Shown: positions 28,237 to 37,330 of the stretch, one piece after another
Layout: each line of letters starts with the position of its first letter
Numbering within the stretch: the first letter of the stretch is position 1
Source: Abditibacterium sp.
GTDB taxonomy: Bacteria; Armatimonadota; Abditibacteriia; Abditibacteriales; Abditibacteriaceae
DNA: 64,000 nt
Reading direction: 5' to 3'
NCBI GenBank assembly: GCA_965246885.1
Contig: OZ251992.1
Location: 3,360,001-3,424,000 of the forward strand
Translations under genes and position numbers: made by a program
Notes under the pieces: generated by a model
Database searches by the model: none
What the model was told of the DNA's origin: nothing
What the model saw: only the letters and a program-made list of their open reading frames with translations

Positions 28237-29250
28237 TTAGCCGTGCGCGCCGTTGAGGTGCGGCTTGTCGGCGGGGGTTTCGTCTTCAAAGGGGTCGCCC
28301 GCCATTTCGAGGGGCGTTTCTTTCATCTTGAAGCCGCAGGTCGCCTCGTCGGTGCCGGTGTTACCGCACACCCAGCCGCCGCCGCTTTTGCCGCGCACGT
28401 ATTTGGCGGCGATGCCGCAGTTGCAATGCACCGTATCGAGGTCGTCGGCCTCGAACTCCTCCTCGACCTCGACCGGCGCCGCTTTGGGCGCGGCTTTAGC
28501 GGCGGAGGGGCGCGGCGCGGGCGCGGCGGGCGTTTCGGCTTGGAGGGCTTCGGACGGGGCGCCGTCGGTGAGCCAGTTCTTGAGCGTGCGCGCCACTTCA
28601 CGGCCCGCGCGGTTGACGACGGCGCCTGAGAGTTGCGGGCAGCGCGTTTTGCCGACGATGAAGTTGTTGTCCACATCTATGTCGGCCACCACGTCGAACT
28701 CGTATTCCAAGCCGTCGCGCTGGATGGGCGCCATGCCGACTTTGCGGATGGTGGTGCGCCCCGACTTGGGGTCTTTCTCTTGGACGTATTCGGTCTTGGC
28801 GCGCATGGTGCCTATGATGTGGCATTTGCTCGAAATCATGGCGTCCACCATCGCGTTGTGTTGGGGCGTCACGTCGCGCCACGCGCCGAAGTTGTTGCCC
28901 GACTGCGTGCGCCGCGCCGCTTTGTCCACTTGCTCCAAGGCGCCGTCTTTGCCGACCCACGCATGGGAGAGGGAGTCAATGACCAGGACATCGTAGCCCG
29001 CTTCCTCGGCGGCCTCCATCGCCTCGACGTAGGTCTTGGGCGAATACGTCTCGATTTCGAGGACGTCGAACTCGAACTGGTCGGAATACTTGGAGGCCGA
29101 CCCGCGCTCGGTGTCAATGACAGCGATCTTGGAGCCGAGGTGCGAAGCAATCGCCAAGGCGGTGTAAGTCTTTCCGGCGCCGGCAACGCCAATCAGGGCC
29201 ATGCGAAGCCGCGCGCTCTTTTTCGTAGCTTTTTGAAATGAAAGGGCCAT
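28237..29250 (-). CDS. AAA_24 / Sak4-like P-loop NTPase with C-terminal 4-Cys motif
   Basis: GVAGAGKTYTAL, VIDTERGSA, LVIDSLSHAW, MRAKTEY, QRDGLEYEFD; tail HCNCG...WVC...CGF. Confidence 0.8.
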   Translation of the reverse strand: MALSFQKATKKSARLRMALIGVAGAGKTYTALAIASHLGSKIAVIDTERGSASKYSDQFEFDVLEIETYSPKTYVEAMEAAEEAGYDVLVIDSLSHAWVGKDGALEQVDKAARRTQSGNNFGAWRDVTPQHNAMVDAMISSKCHIIGTMRAKTEYVQEKDPKSGRTTIRKVGMAPIQRDGLEYEFDVVADIDVDNNFIVGKTRCPQLSGAVVNRAGREVARTLKNWLTDGAPSEALQAETPAAPAPRPSAAKAAPKAAPVEVEEEFEADDLDTVHCNCGIAAKYVRGKSGGGWVCGNTGTDEATCGFKMKETPLEMAGDPFEDETPADKPHLNGAHG

Positions 29251-29349
29251 TGTGTTTCCCCCGGCGCGTCGGACAGGCAAGCATCCCCGCGCAAGTTGCC
29301 GCCCAGTCTACTCGTTTCATCCGCACGGGTGAAGGCGGCGGGCGGAGAT

Positions 29350-30582
29350 TTATTTATCGCGCCCCGCAAGCGGCTCGATGTTTAGCTTCCGGTAGCGCCC
29401 CCAGTCGGCGATGAGGGGCAGAAGTTGAATCCGCGTCACGCCTTGAACCTGCGGCAGAATCGCGCGGGCGCCCGTGCCATCGGCGTTCGCGCGGAAGATG
29501 CGGTTGCCCTTCGCTTTCGCTGCGTCCACGCTTCCGCGAATCCAAAAGAGTTGCTTGCCGTCGAGCGACCACTGGGGCGAAAAGTCATCCTGCGCGCCGT
29601 GCGTCAGGCGCGTGAGTTTCTTCGTCGGCAAGTCAAAGCTGAACAGGTTGCGCGTCGGGTCTGTTGGCGAAGCGGGGCCAACAAAGACGACCTTCTTCTG
29701 TGTTGGATGCCAGAGGAACTGCGGATGCCACGCGCGAAGCGGAAGTTCTCCATATATCGCGTTGTCTTTGAGGCGATAGCGGAGGACGGAGAACTCGTCA
29801 TCAATGGCGCCAACGACTTTGCTGGCCTTGTGCTTCAGGTCGAAGTGAATAAGGAAAGTCGGCGGCGCTTTCGCGCCTTCCAATTGATTGAACCCATAAG
29901 TATCAATCGGCTTGAGAGCAGACAGACAAACCAAATCTTTGCCATCGGGCGGAAGCACCGGAGCGAAGAAACTTCTCCTGTGAGCATAATCTGGGTCTTG
30001 GAAAGAGTAGCCGAACCTCTTCGCGCCACTCTCTAAGAACTGACGCGGCACACGGCGTGAACTCCAAATTTCCCGCCGCGATGTTGAGTCGAAGAGGTCA
30101 ACCTCACCGCGATCCCCCGACATTCCCATCAGTTGCTCGGAGACAACCAAATACTTCTGGTTAACGCTCCATGAGACATCGCCGAACTCGTATCCCACGC
30201 CCCGTTTGAAGGCGCGGAGACGGTAGGCCCCCAAAAATACTCTCTCCTGCGCGTTGAAGCGGGCTGTAAACAGAGATATTTCCGCCGAAGCCGCGTTGTC
30301 TTGTAACGGCAAATCGCGTGGAACATCCGCGAACGCGATGCGGCGTCCATCTGGGGACATCTTCCAATCTGTGTTCTGGACATTGTGGCGAGAATTGAAG
30401 AGAAACGAGTCCCGCAACACAAACGGCGTTTCCTGCCCCAAGCGCACGGCTTCCCACTTCTGCCCGCGCCCGAAGACGAGTACACCGCCCGGTGCCGATG
30501 GGCGCGCGGCTTTCTTCTTCGGCGCCGCGTAGATGGGCGCGGTGAGGGCGGCGAGGAGCGCGATATTCCTAATGTGATTCAT
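29350..30582 (-). CDS. Exported TolB-like beta-propeller protein
   Basis: Signal peptide; SPDGRRIAF, PPDGKDLV, PQWSLDGKQLFW, IFRANADGTG PD40-like repeats. Confidence 0.7.
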   Translation of the reverse strand: MNHIRNIALLAALTAPIYAAPKKKAARPSAPGGVLVFGRGQKWEAVRLGQETPFVLRDSFLFNSRHNVQNTDWKMSPDGRRIAFADVPRDLPLQDNAASAEISLFTARFNAQERVFLGAYRLRAFKRGVGYEFGDVSWSVNQKYLVVSEQLMGMSGDRGEVDLFDSTSRREIWSSRRVPRQFLESGAKRFGYSFQDPDYAHRRSFFAPVLPPDGKDLVCLSALKPIDTYGFNQLEGAKAPPTFLIHFDLKHKASKVVGAIDDEFSVLRYRLKDNAIYGELPLRAWHPQFLWHPTQKKVVFVGPASPTDPTRNLFSFDLPTKKLTRLTHGAQDDFSPQWSLDGKQLFWIRGSVDAAKAKGNRIFRANADGTGARAILPQVQGVTRIQLLPLIADWGRYRKLNIEPLAGRDK

Positions 30583-30630
30583 GCGTTTAAGCGTAGCACA
30601 TCGCAGATGGTGGGGCGAGGCGCGGAGACG

Positions 30631-30666
30631 AAAAAGCGCGGCCCCGGTTGTGGGGCCGCGCTCTTT
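30631..30666 (-). terminator. Intrinsic terminator after trxA
   Basis: GCGCGGCCCC / GGGGCCGCGC stem with T5 on the minus strand. Confidence 0.8.
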
Positions 30667-30681
30667 GTTTCGGGGCGCGTC

Positions 30682-31008
30682 TTACGCCAGAATGTTGTCC
30701 ACTTTCGAGGACAGGGCGGCTTCGGCGACGTAGCCGACGCTGGAGTCCACGACTTGGCCGTCTTTGAAGAACAGGATGTTCGGGATGGTTTGGACGGCGT
30801 ATTTGCCTGCGGTTTCGGGGTTCTCGTCCACGTCCACTTTGTAGAAGGCGGCTTTGCCTTGATATTTCTCGGACACGCGGTCTAAGACGGGCGCGAGCAT
30901 CTTGCAGGGCGGGCACCACGTCGCGGTGAAATCAACGACGACCACGCCAGTGGCGTTTTCAACGGCTTGAGCGAAATTGTCGCTCGTCAAAGCGGATACT
31001 TTCGACAT
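30682..31008 (-). CDS. trxA: Thioredoxin
   Basis: VVVDFTATWCPPCK, VDVDENP, IPNILFFKDG. Confidence 0.95.
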   Translation of the reverse strand: MSKVSALTSDNFAQAVENATGVVVVDFTATWCPPCKMLAPVLDRVSEKYQGKAAFYKVDVDENPETAGKYAVQTIPNILFFKDGQVVDSSVGYVAEAALSSKVDNILA

Positions 31009-31120
31009 AGGGTTTTCTCCAGAACGCGGGCGGGGAGCGGATTAGGCGCCGCCATTGTTCGATAATTTACGAACAATTGAAACGCCGCGCGGTTCCCGCT
31101 CGTTTTGAAAAGCACGAACC

Positions 31121-31462
31121 ATGCGAGACCTCCACCACCCGCCGCGCGAGTGCCTCGAACTGACGCAGGTATTGCACGCGCTGTCCGACCCTATTCGCTT
31201 ATGCATCGCCCGCGAACTGGCGGGGCGCGACGCCCTGCCATGCGGCACCTTTTGCGAGACCGCGCCCAAGTCCACCATGTCTCACCACTTCAAAGTCTTG
31301 CGCACGGCGGGCGTTATCCTGCAACGAAGCGAAGGAACCTCCTGCTTCAATACGCTGCGCCGCGCCGACTTGGACGCGCGCTTTCCAGGGTTGCTGGACG
31401 CCATTCTGCGCGCGCCCTCGGCGCCGTGCGACGGTTTGCCGTGCGAGGACGAAGCGCAATGA
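31121..31462 (+). CDS. ArsR/SmtB family transcriptional regulator
   Basis: LHALSDPIRL, KSTMSHHFKVLR.AGVI, LDARFPGLL. Confidence 0.88.
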   Translation: MRDLHHPPRECLELTQVLHALSDPIRLCIARELAGRDALPCGTFCETAPKSTMSHHFKVLRTAGVILQRSEGTSCFNTLRRADLDARFPGLLDAILRAPSAPCDGLPCEDEAQ

Positions 31463-32517
31463 ACCTCCTCGGCCTTCACACGCGCGAGTTAGAAGTGCAC
31501 CTGCAAACGCGCGGCGAAGCGGCGTTTCGCGGGCGGCAAATAGCCGACTGGATATACAAGAAGGGCGCCGCCGACTTCGCCGACATGAAGAACCTGAGCG
31601 CCGCGCTACGCGACAAGCTGGCGGCGCAAGATGCGTTGGAGTTCCCGTCGGTTGCTAAGCGCACCGTCGCTGCCGATGGCACGACCAAGCTCTTGCTTGC
31701 GCTCAACGACGGCGAACAGATCGAGACCGTGCGCTTGCCCTACCCCGACCGCTTGAGCGTTTGCGTGTCCAGTCAAGCGGGGTGCGCGATGGCGTGCCAG
31801 TTCTGCGCGACCGGCTTGGGCGGCTTCCGGCGCAACTTAACGGCTGCCGAAATCATCGGGCAAATCCTGCTCGTCAAGCGCGAGGGAACGGACAACCAAA
31901 CGCCGACCCACGTCGTCTTCATGGGCATGGGCGAGCCGCTTCTTAATACGACGCACGTCTTCCACACCATCGAACTGATGCACGAAGAGATGGGCATCCC
32001 CATGCGCCACATCACAGTTTCGACGGTCGGCGTTCTGGCGGGCATCGAAAAACTGGCCCAGAAAAACTGGCAACTCACCCTCGCCATTTCGCTTCATTCC
32101 CCCGACGACGCCTTGCGCCACGAGCTTATCCCGACTTCCACCAAGACCAGCGTCAAAGACATCGTCAAGTCGGCGAAAGATTACGTCGCGCGCACCGGGC
32201 GGCGCGTGAGTTTTGAATACGTCGTGTTGGGCGGCGTCAACGATTCGCCCGCCCTCGCCCGCGAATTGGCGCGCTTGTGCCGGGGCTGGCCGTGCCACGT
32301 CAACCTCATCCCGTGGAACGACGTTCCCGGCGCCGCTTTCGCCGGAGTGCGCCCTGACGTGCTACGAGAATTCCGCGCCATCTTAGAGCGCGCGGGCATT
32401 TCCGTAACGCAACGCGTGCAACGCGGAGCGGACGTCGCGGCGGCGTGCGGGCAGTTGCGCGCGCTCCATCAACCCCTTCCAAACGGCGTGATTCCGTTGC
32501 AAACTATGGAGCGATGA
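31459..32517 (+). CDS. rlmN: 23S rRNA/tRNA m2A radical SAM methyltransferase
   Basis: FRGRQI..W, CVSSQAGCAMACQFC, MGMGEP, SLH, NLIPWN, AACGQL; ATGA overlap with arsR. Confidence 0.95.
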   Translation: MNLLGLHTRELEVHLQTRGEAAFRGRQIADWIYKKGAADFADMKNLSAALRDKLAAQDALEFPSVAKRTVAADGTTKLLLALNDGEQIETVRLPYPDRLSVCVSSQAGCAMACQFCATGLGGFRRNLTAAEIIGQILLVKREGTDNQTPTHVVFMGMGEPLLNTTHVFHTIELMHEEMGIPMRHITVSTVGVLAGIEKLAQKNWQLTLAISLHSPDDALRHELIPTSTKTSVKDIVKSAKDYVARTGRRVSFEYVVLGGVNDSPALARELARLCRGWPCHVNLIPWNDVPGAAFAGVRPDVLREFRAILERAGISVTQRVQRGADVAAACGQLRALHQPLPNGVIPLQTMER

Positions 32518-32717
32518 ACACCTCAATTCCGAGCGAAGTGCCAAAGGATTTCGAGAAGGAAATAGACGCCATGCTTGCGGGCATCGAAGAGATGCTCGCC
32601 AACATCCGCCGCAACCGCGAAGAGGGCGCCATCATCATGGCCGAGGCCGACGCGATTCGCGCAGACAACGCCCTCGCGCTGAAAAGATTGGACGAAACAA
32701 TCGCGCGGTGGAAATGA
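32514..32717 (+). CDS. Hypothetical small helical protein
   Basis: 67 aa; ATGA overlap with rlmN stop. Confidence 0.65.
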   Translation: MNTSIPSEVPKDFEKEIDAMLAGIEEMLANIRRNREEGAIIMAEADAIRADNALALKRLDETIARWK

Positions 32718-32983
32718 TGGAAAAGATATTCAACTATCTTCGCGGCGTTTTCAACATGGTTGCCGAAGTGGATCGGCTGCGTCTGGATGTCAAGACACTT
32801 CAAGCTAACGACCGCAAACATGAGGACGATATCCGGTCAGTTGTCGTCCGTCTTCAATCAATGGCCGACAAGTTGGATTACAAAGAGCAAGTCCAAGCCG
32901 CCGAAACGCCCGCCCTCAAAGCCGAACTGGAAGCCATCCTCCTCCGTTTCGAGCGCCGCTTGCCGCCCAATAACGCAAACTAA
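32714..32983 (+). CDS. Hypothetical small coiled-coil protein
   Basis: 89 aa; ATGA overlap with upstream ORF; ends LLRFERRLPP. Confidence 0.65.
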   Translation: MMEKIFNYLRGVFNMVAEVDRLRLDVKTLQANDRKHEDDIRSVVVRLQSMADKLDYKEQVQAAETPALKAELEAILLRFERRLPPNNAN

Positions 32984-32990
32984 GGCCCGC

Positions 32991-33482
32991 CTATAACCAT
33001 CGTCCTGCCCACAAACCTAAGGCGGTTCCGAGCAGAGCCGAGAGAATCACTTGCCAGCCGAAGTGCGCGCGCTGTTGCCAGCGCGCCCACGCAATCAGCG
33101 CGGCTCCCCCGAACCACAGCCACAGCGTCGGGTGCGCCCGCCAGACGAGCGTCGCCAGCAGAAACGCCGGAAACGTGTGGCCCGATGGGAAGCCGGAATG
33201 AGGGTGGCGGCCCCACAGAAACTGAGGTTCTTTGCCGGGACGATGCACGTAGAAGATGTGCTTGCAACCTTGCACGACGAGCAAATCCCCCAACATCGCC
33301 AGCAACAGCCATCCGGCGCGTGCGCCGATGCCCCATTTGTTCGCCGAGAACTGCCAAAAGACCAAATACACGCACGAGACGAAAACGTAGAGGAAGTTGA
33401 AAGTGCGCGACACCCATTGACCGAAGACGAAGGGACGTTGGGCGCGCGCGGGAGTCGGCGCTTGGGGCGGGGATGGAAGCAT
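32991..33482 (-). CDS. PAP2 family phosphatase
   Basis: K.....HRP, FPSGHT, WARWQQRAHFGWQV motifs; start set at MLPSPP. Confidence 0.85.
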   Translation of the reverse strand: MLPSPPQAPTPARAQRPFVFGQWVSRTFNFLYVFVSCVYLVFWQFSANKWGIGARAGWLLLAMLGDLLVVQGCKHIFYVHRPGKEPQFLWGRHPHSGFPSGHTFPAFLLATLVWRAHPTLWLWFGGAALIAWARWQQRAHFGWQVILSALLGTALGLWAGRWL

Positions 33483-33540
33483 AAGAGTCGCGGGAGGCCC
33501 TATCATTTTGCCGCACCGCGCGGAAGCGCGTCGGGGCGGC

Positions 33541-33690
33541 GGCGACGCGATGGCTGACGTCTGTCGTCGCATGGCGGGAGTAACTCTGCGCACGGCGGAC
33601 GTCTGTCGTCGGGCGGCGGGAAGCGGCAGCGCGACGGCGGGAGTAATTCTTCGCATGGCGGACATCTCTGGCGGGACGGCGCATGTTCGT
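33541..33690. repeat. 21-bp-period degenerate array, same family as 10349 and 25097
   Basis: Units at 33554 (CTGACGTCTG), 33575, 33596 (CGGACGTCTG), 33617, 33638, 33659 (CGGACATCTC), 33680. Confidence 0.75.
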
Positions 33691-33757
33691 GACTGGCCCA
33701 GCGCCGTCCGCCTTTTGGCGAGCGAGGGCGTTCTCCCGCCAAACTGAGGCCGATTTT

Positions 33758-35500
33758 ATGGCCGCTCCTCCCCTGCCCATTCGCCCGACCCCGCGCGCGC
33801 CGCGCGATTGGTCGGCATGGTGGCCATCCCTTCTGACGTGGGGGGTGGCACTGCTGTTTTTCGGGCCGTTTCTGATTCGCCCCGTCGTGACGGTGGTTAT
33901 CGGCGCCCTATCGCAGTTCGACCCCGTGACAAACGCGCGCACGCTCGATCTGCACTTGTTGCTGCTGCCGCTCCAGAACCCGCTTATCCGGCAAAGCGTC
34001 GTCAACTCGTTCTGGCTGGGGTTATTGGCGACTATGGTGGCGTCGCTTCTCGCGTTGCCGTTGGCGTATGCGGCGGCGCGCTTGCAGTTCGCCGGGAAGT
34101 CGTTGCTGACGGGGCTATTGCTCGTGCCACTTCTGCTTCCGCCGCTTGTGGGCGCGATTGGACTCAAGCAAATGCTGGCGCGCGAGGGGTTCATCAACAC
34201 CCTGCTTGGCCTTAACCGGCACCCGATTGAGTTTCTTAGTCCGCGCTTTTTGGATGGGCACGGGCCACTACTGATGGTCGTCATCGTGGCGGCCCTGCAC
34301 CTCTACCCGCTCGTGTATCTGAACCTGTCGGCGGCGTGGGCGAACGTGGATTCGTCGCTCGAAGAAGCCGCCGAGAACTTGGGCGCCAACCCCGCGAGGG
34401 TGTTTTGGACAGTAACGCTGCCGCTCCTTCTGCCCGGTTTTCTAAGCGGCGCCTTGATTGTGTTCATCTTCGCGTTCACAGACTTGGGCACTCCGTTAGT
34501 TTTCGGGTTCACCAAAGTCGCGGCGGTGCAAATCTTCAACTTGCGCTCGGATACGAGTGACCCGACGGGCTACGTTCTGGCGCTGTATCTGGTCGTTCTG
34601 GCGGCGGGGGTGTTTTGGGTATCGCGGCGCTTTCTGGGTGGAGGGCGCATCGCAACGCTGGCGCGCGGCACGCGGCGGGCGCGCGAAACGAGGCCATCTT
34701 TGCCGGTGCTTCTACTGGTCTACGCCCTGTTTGCGGCGGTGATTGGGCTGTCGCTGTTGCCGCACTTCGGGGTGGTGTTGGGCGCGTTCGCGCACGATTG
34801 GACGAGCCGCCTGTGGCCGCAGTGGACGACGGAAAACTTCGCGTTTCTGGCGTCCGATGAGGGCGCGCGCAACTCGGTGAAGATTTCCCTGCTTTGCGCG
34901 ACGGCTTCGATGCTGTTGGATGTGATGGGTGGTTTTGCCCTCGCGTATGCGCTTGTGCGCGGTAAGGTGTGGGCACGGGGGCTGTTGGACACCCTCGCCA
35001 TGTTGCCCCTCGCCTTACCCGGATTGATACTGGCATTTGGGCTGCTGGTGTCGTATCGCTATTCGGCGCTCGACCCGATTCGCAACCCCTTTCCGCTCTT
35101 GATCGTGGCGTACACGATCAGACGGTTGCCGTATGCGCTCCGCTCCATTGCTTCCGGGCTGGAACAAATGAGCGTGTCGCTCGAAGAAGCAAGCGCGAAC
35201 ATGGGCGCCTCGCCGTTGCAAACGGTGTGGAACATCACGCGCCCGCTTGTGGGGGCGAACATCCTCGCGGCGGGATTGCTCGCGTTCGCTTTTGCGGTCT
35301 TGGAAGTATCCGACTCGCTCGTGCTGGCGTCGTCTTCCAATCAGGTGCCCATCGCGCAAGAAATATATAACCTCAATACCAGTGCCAAGATGTTCCCGGC
35401 GTGCGCGCTGGGCGTGGTGGGAATGGCGCTGCTGACCGTCACGTTTCTATGCGTCAACCGGGTATTGGGCAAGCAACTGGGCGCGCTGTTTCGGGCGTGA
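33758..35500 (+). CDS. ABC transporter permease, Fe3+/thiamine (FbpB-like) double-domain type
   Basis: Two EAA loops (LEEAAENLGA, LEEASANMGA), FTDLGTP; about 12 TM helices. Confidence 0.9.
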   Translation: MAAPPLPIRPTPRAPRDWSAWWPSLLTWGVALLFFGPFLIRPVVTVVIGALSQFDPVTNARTLDLHLLLLPLQNPLIRQSVVNSFWLGLLATMVASLLALPLAYAAARLQFAGKSLLTGLLLVPLLLPPLVGAIGLKQMLAREGFINTLLGLNRHPIEFLSPRFLDGHGPLLMVVIVAALHLYPLVYLNLSAAWANVDSSLEEAAENLGANPARVFWTVTLPLLLPGFLSGALIVFIFAFTDLGTPLVFGFTKVAAVQIFNLRSDTSDPTGYVLALYLVVLAAGVFWVSRRFLGGGRIATLARGTRRARETRPSLPVLLLVYALFAAVIGLSLLPHFGVVLGAFAHDWTSRLWPQWTTENFAFLASDEGARNSVKISLLCATASMLLDVMGGFALAYALVRGKVWARGLLDTLAMLPLALPGLILAFGLLVSYRYSALDPIRNPFPLLIVAYTIRRLPYALRSIASGLEQMSVSLEEASANMGASPLQTVWNITRPLVGANILAAGLLAFAFAVLEVSDSLVLASSSNQVPIAQEIYNLNTSAKMFPACALGVVGMALLTVTFLCVNRVLGKQLGALFRA

Positions 35501-35578
35501 GAACGAGCGGGAACTTTAAACCGCAAATCGGCACAAACGGTGAAAGGTAAACTGGACTTATGAGCGAGGTATTCCCCT

Positions 35579-36613
35579 GTGGCCGATGAGTTTGTTGACT
35601 TCTACGAAGCGTTAGAATTGCCGATGGACGCGGATCGGAAGGAGGTGCGGCGGCGCATTAACGAGGTCTACCTCGAAGCGCAGCGCAACCTCGACCACCG
35701 CGACTTCAAGCAGCGCATCAAGCATCAGGAGATGTTCGAGATGGTGCTTCCGCGCGCCCGCTACATCCTGCTCGACGAAGGAAGGCGTGACGACTACGAC
35801 CGTCTGGTGGCGGCGTCGCGCTCGGCGGGAGCGGCCATCGCACCGCCTGCGAGCGCGCCCGCACCCGCGCCGGGAACGGATTTGGGGCAGGGCAACGCGG
35901 CGGGGTTCCGCTTGGCGCCCGCCGAAACCAACGGCGCCATGCCCGGCAAAGCGCCCTCGGTCGAAGGGTTGCCCACGTCGTCACTCGACCCCGCGCAAGT
36001 CGCCAAGCAACGCGACGAGATGTGGGCCAAGTGGAAGTCGGGCCTTGAAGCCGCCATCGCGCGCGACGAATCTTCTCCCAAAGCCGACGCGCCCCGGCCC
36101 GCGTCCGCCCCATCCCAAAACCCTGAGCCGCCCGCGCCACGTCCGCCCCGCGCGCCCGCTTCGGCAGTGGCGTTCGACTTCGGCAAAGCTCAAATACAGC
36201 CTTCGGCGGCGGCGTTGGCGGCTGCCGCCCAAGCGCAAGCCGAAGCGGAAGAAGAAACCGTGCGCAAAGCGGCGCTCGAACTCGAAGAGCAAAAAACCGA
36301 GCGCAAGCGCGCGGTGATGAAAGACGTGCTGGCAGGCGTCGGAATGAAGGGGCTGATGATCGGCGGCCTTGGCACCGCCGTGCCACTGGGCGCTTTGCTC
36401 ATCTTCGGCATGAACCACCTTTATCCGAGCACCGGCGAGCCGCTCACGAAATTTCCGGCGCCTTTGGCGTGGGTGTTGGGATTGGCCGCCATCGGCGGCG
36501 CCGCCTTTTTCGCCGCGAAAGCGCTGTCCAAGAACATGCGCCGCAAGACTTCGATGGAACTGTCGGCCCTGCCCATTGAGGAGTTACTGCGCAAAGTCGG
36601 GCGCTCGTATTAG
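35579..36613 (+). CDS. J-domain-like membrane-anchored protein
   Basis: DFYEALEL...ARYILLDEGRRDDYDR J-domain framework without HPD; Pro/Ala linker; two C-terminal TM helices. Confidence 0.7.
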   Translation: MADEFVDFYEALELPMDADRKEVRRRINEVYLEAQRNLDHRDFKQRIKHQEMFEMVLPRARYILLDEGRRDDYDRLVAASRSAGAAIAPPASAPAPAPGTDLGQGNAAGFRLAPAETNGAMPGKAPSVEGLPTSSLDPAQVAKQRDEMWAKWKSGLEAAIARDESSPKADAPRPASAPSQNPEPPAPRPPRAPASAVAFDFGKAQIQPSAAALAAAAQAQAEAEEETVRKAALELEEQKTERKRAVMKDVLAGVGMKGLMIGGLGTAVPLGALLIFGMNHLYPSTGEPLTKFPAPLAWVLGLAAIGGAAFFAAKALSKNMRRKTSMELSALPIEELLRKVGRSY

Positions 36614-36697
36614 AAGCGAATGAATTCGCGTCAACCTTCGTTGACGCGCTGTGTCGGCGAAGGCCGACATTTCCGCTGGCTGCGAATTCATTCGCTT
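36614..36697. repeat. REP/REPIN-like nested hairpin element
   Basis: Perfect 16-bp inverted repeat AAGCGAATGAATTCGC (36614-36629) / GCGAATTCATTCGCTT (36682-36697) enclosing two further hairpins. Confidence 0.75.
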
Positions 36698-36742
36698 TCA
36701 ATCGTGAACATTTCGCGCCCGTCGCGCCATCCAAGGGAGTGT

Positions 36743-37330
36743 ATGTCGCGCTCCCTCACTTGGCCCCGGCTCGCGCGGCGCTGTCTCAGCGAAAGCGCCG
36801 AAGCGGACATCCTGCGCCGCGCGCAAAATGGTGAGCGCGAAGCGGTCGCGCTCTTGTTCAATCGCTCGCGCGAGCGCATTGTGGCGCTGTGCTTCCAGAT
36901 TCTACGTGACCGCGACGGCGCCGAGGACGCGGCCCAAGAAGTTCTGCTGCGCGCCTTTGACAAGATGCCGCTTTTTCGCGGCGAAAGCGAGTTCTCGACG
37001 TGGCTGTATCGCTTGGCGCTCAACCACTGCTTGGAGCAAAGCCGCAAAGCCACGCGCCGCGCCGGGTTGGACGCGACGGCTCTTGATGCCCCGCACTCTA
37101 CGCCCGACATCGCGGCGCAAGTCGAAACGCGCATGGCGCTCGAGCGGGCGCTGGATCAACTCGACGAAACCCCGCGCCTGATGCTGGTGCTGCGCGAGTG
37201 GCACGAACTTTCTTACGAAGAGATCGCCGCCATCTTGCGCGTGCCCGTCGGGACGGTGAAGTCGCGCCTGAGCCATGCGCGCCGCGATTTCCGCCGCTGT
37301 TGGGAAGCGGACAACGGGGAGGAGGCATGA
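36743..37330 (+). CDS. ECF sigma-70 factor
   Basis: AEDAAQEV, FRGESEFSTWLYRLALN, LSYEEIA.IL..PVGTVKSRL. Confidence 0.93.
   Translation: MSRSLTWPRLARRCLSESAEADILRRAQNGEREAVALLFNRSRERIVALCFQILRDRDGAEDAAQEVLLRAFDKMPLFRGESEFSTWLYRLALNHCLEQSRKATRRAGLDATALDAPHSTPDIAAQVETRMALERALDQLDETPRLMLVLREWHELSYEEIAAILRVPVGTVKSRLSHARRDFRRCWEADNGEEA

Noticed and set aside
28237..30582. Prophage remnant around the Sak4-like ATPase
   Set aside because: No other phage-like genes; flanked by xylA and trxA
31105..31458. N-terminal extension of RlmN in the ORF track (likewise for the SDR, xylA, qor, phrB and ECF ORFs)
   Set aside because: Extensions overlap other genes or repeats; downstream starts match family N-termini
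31459..32517. Cfr-type resistance methyltransferase
   Set aside because: Motifs and housekeeping context fit RlmN; nothing specifically indicates Cfr
33758..35500. Orphan ABC permease as a novel system
   Set aside because: Dispersed ABC components are common; partners are probably elsewhere in the genome
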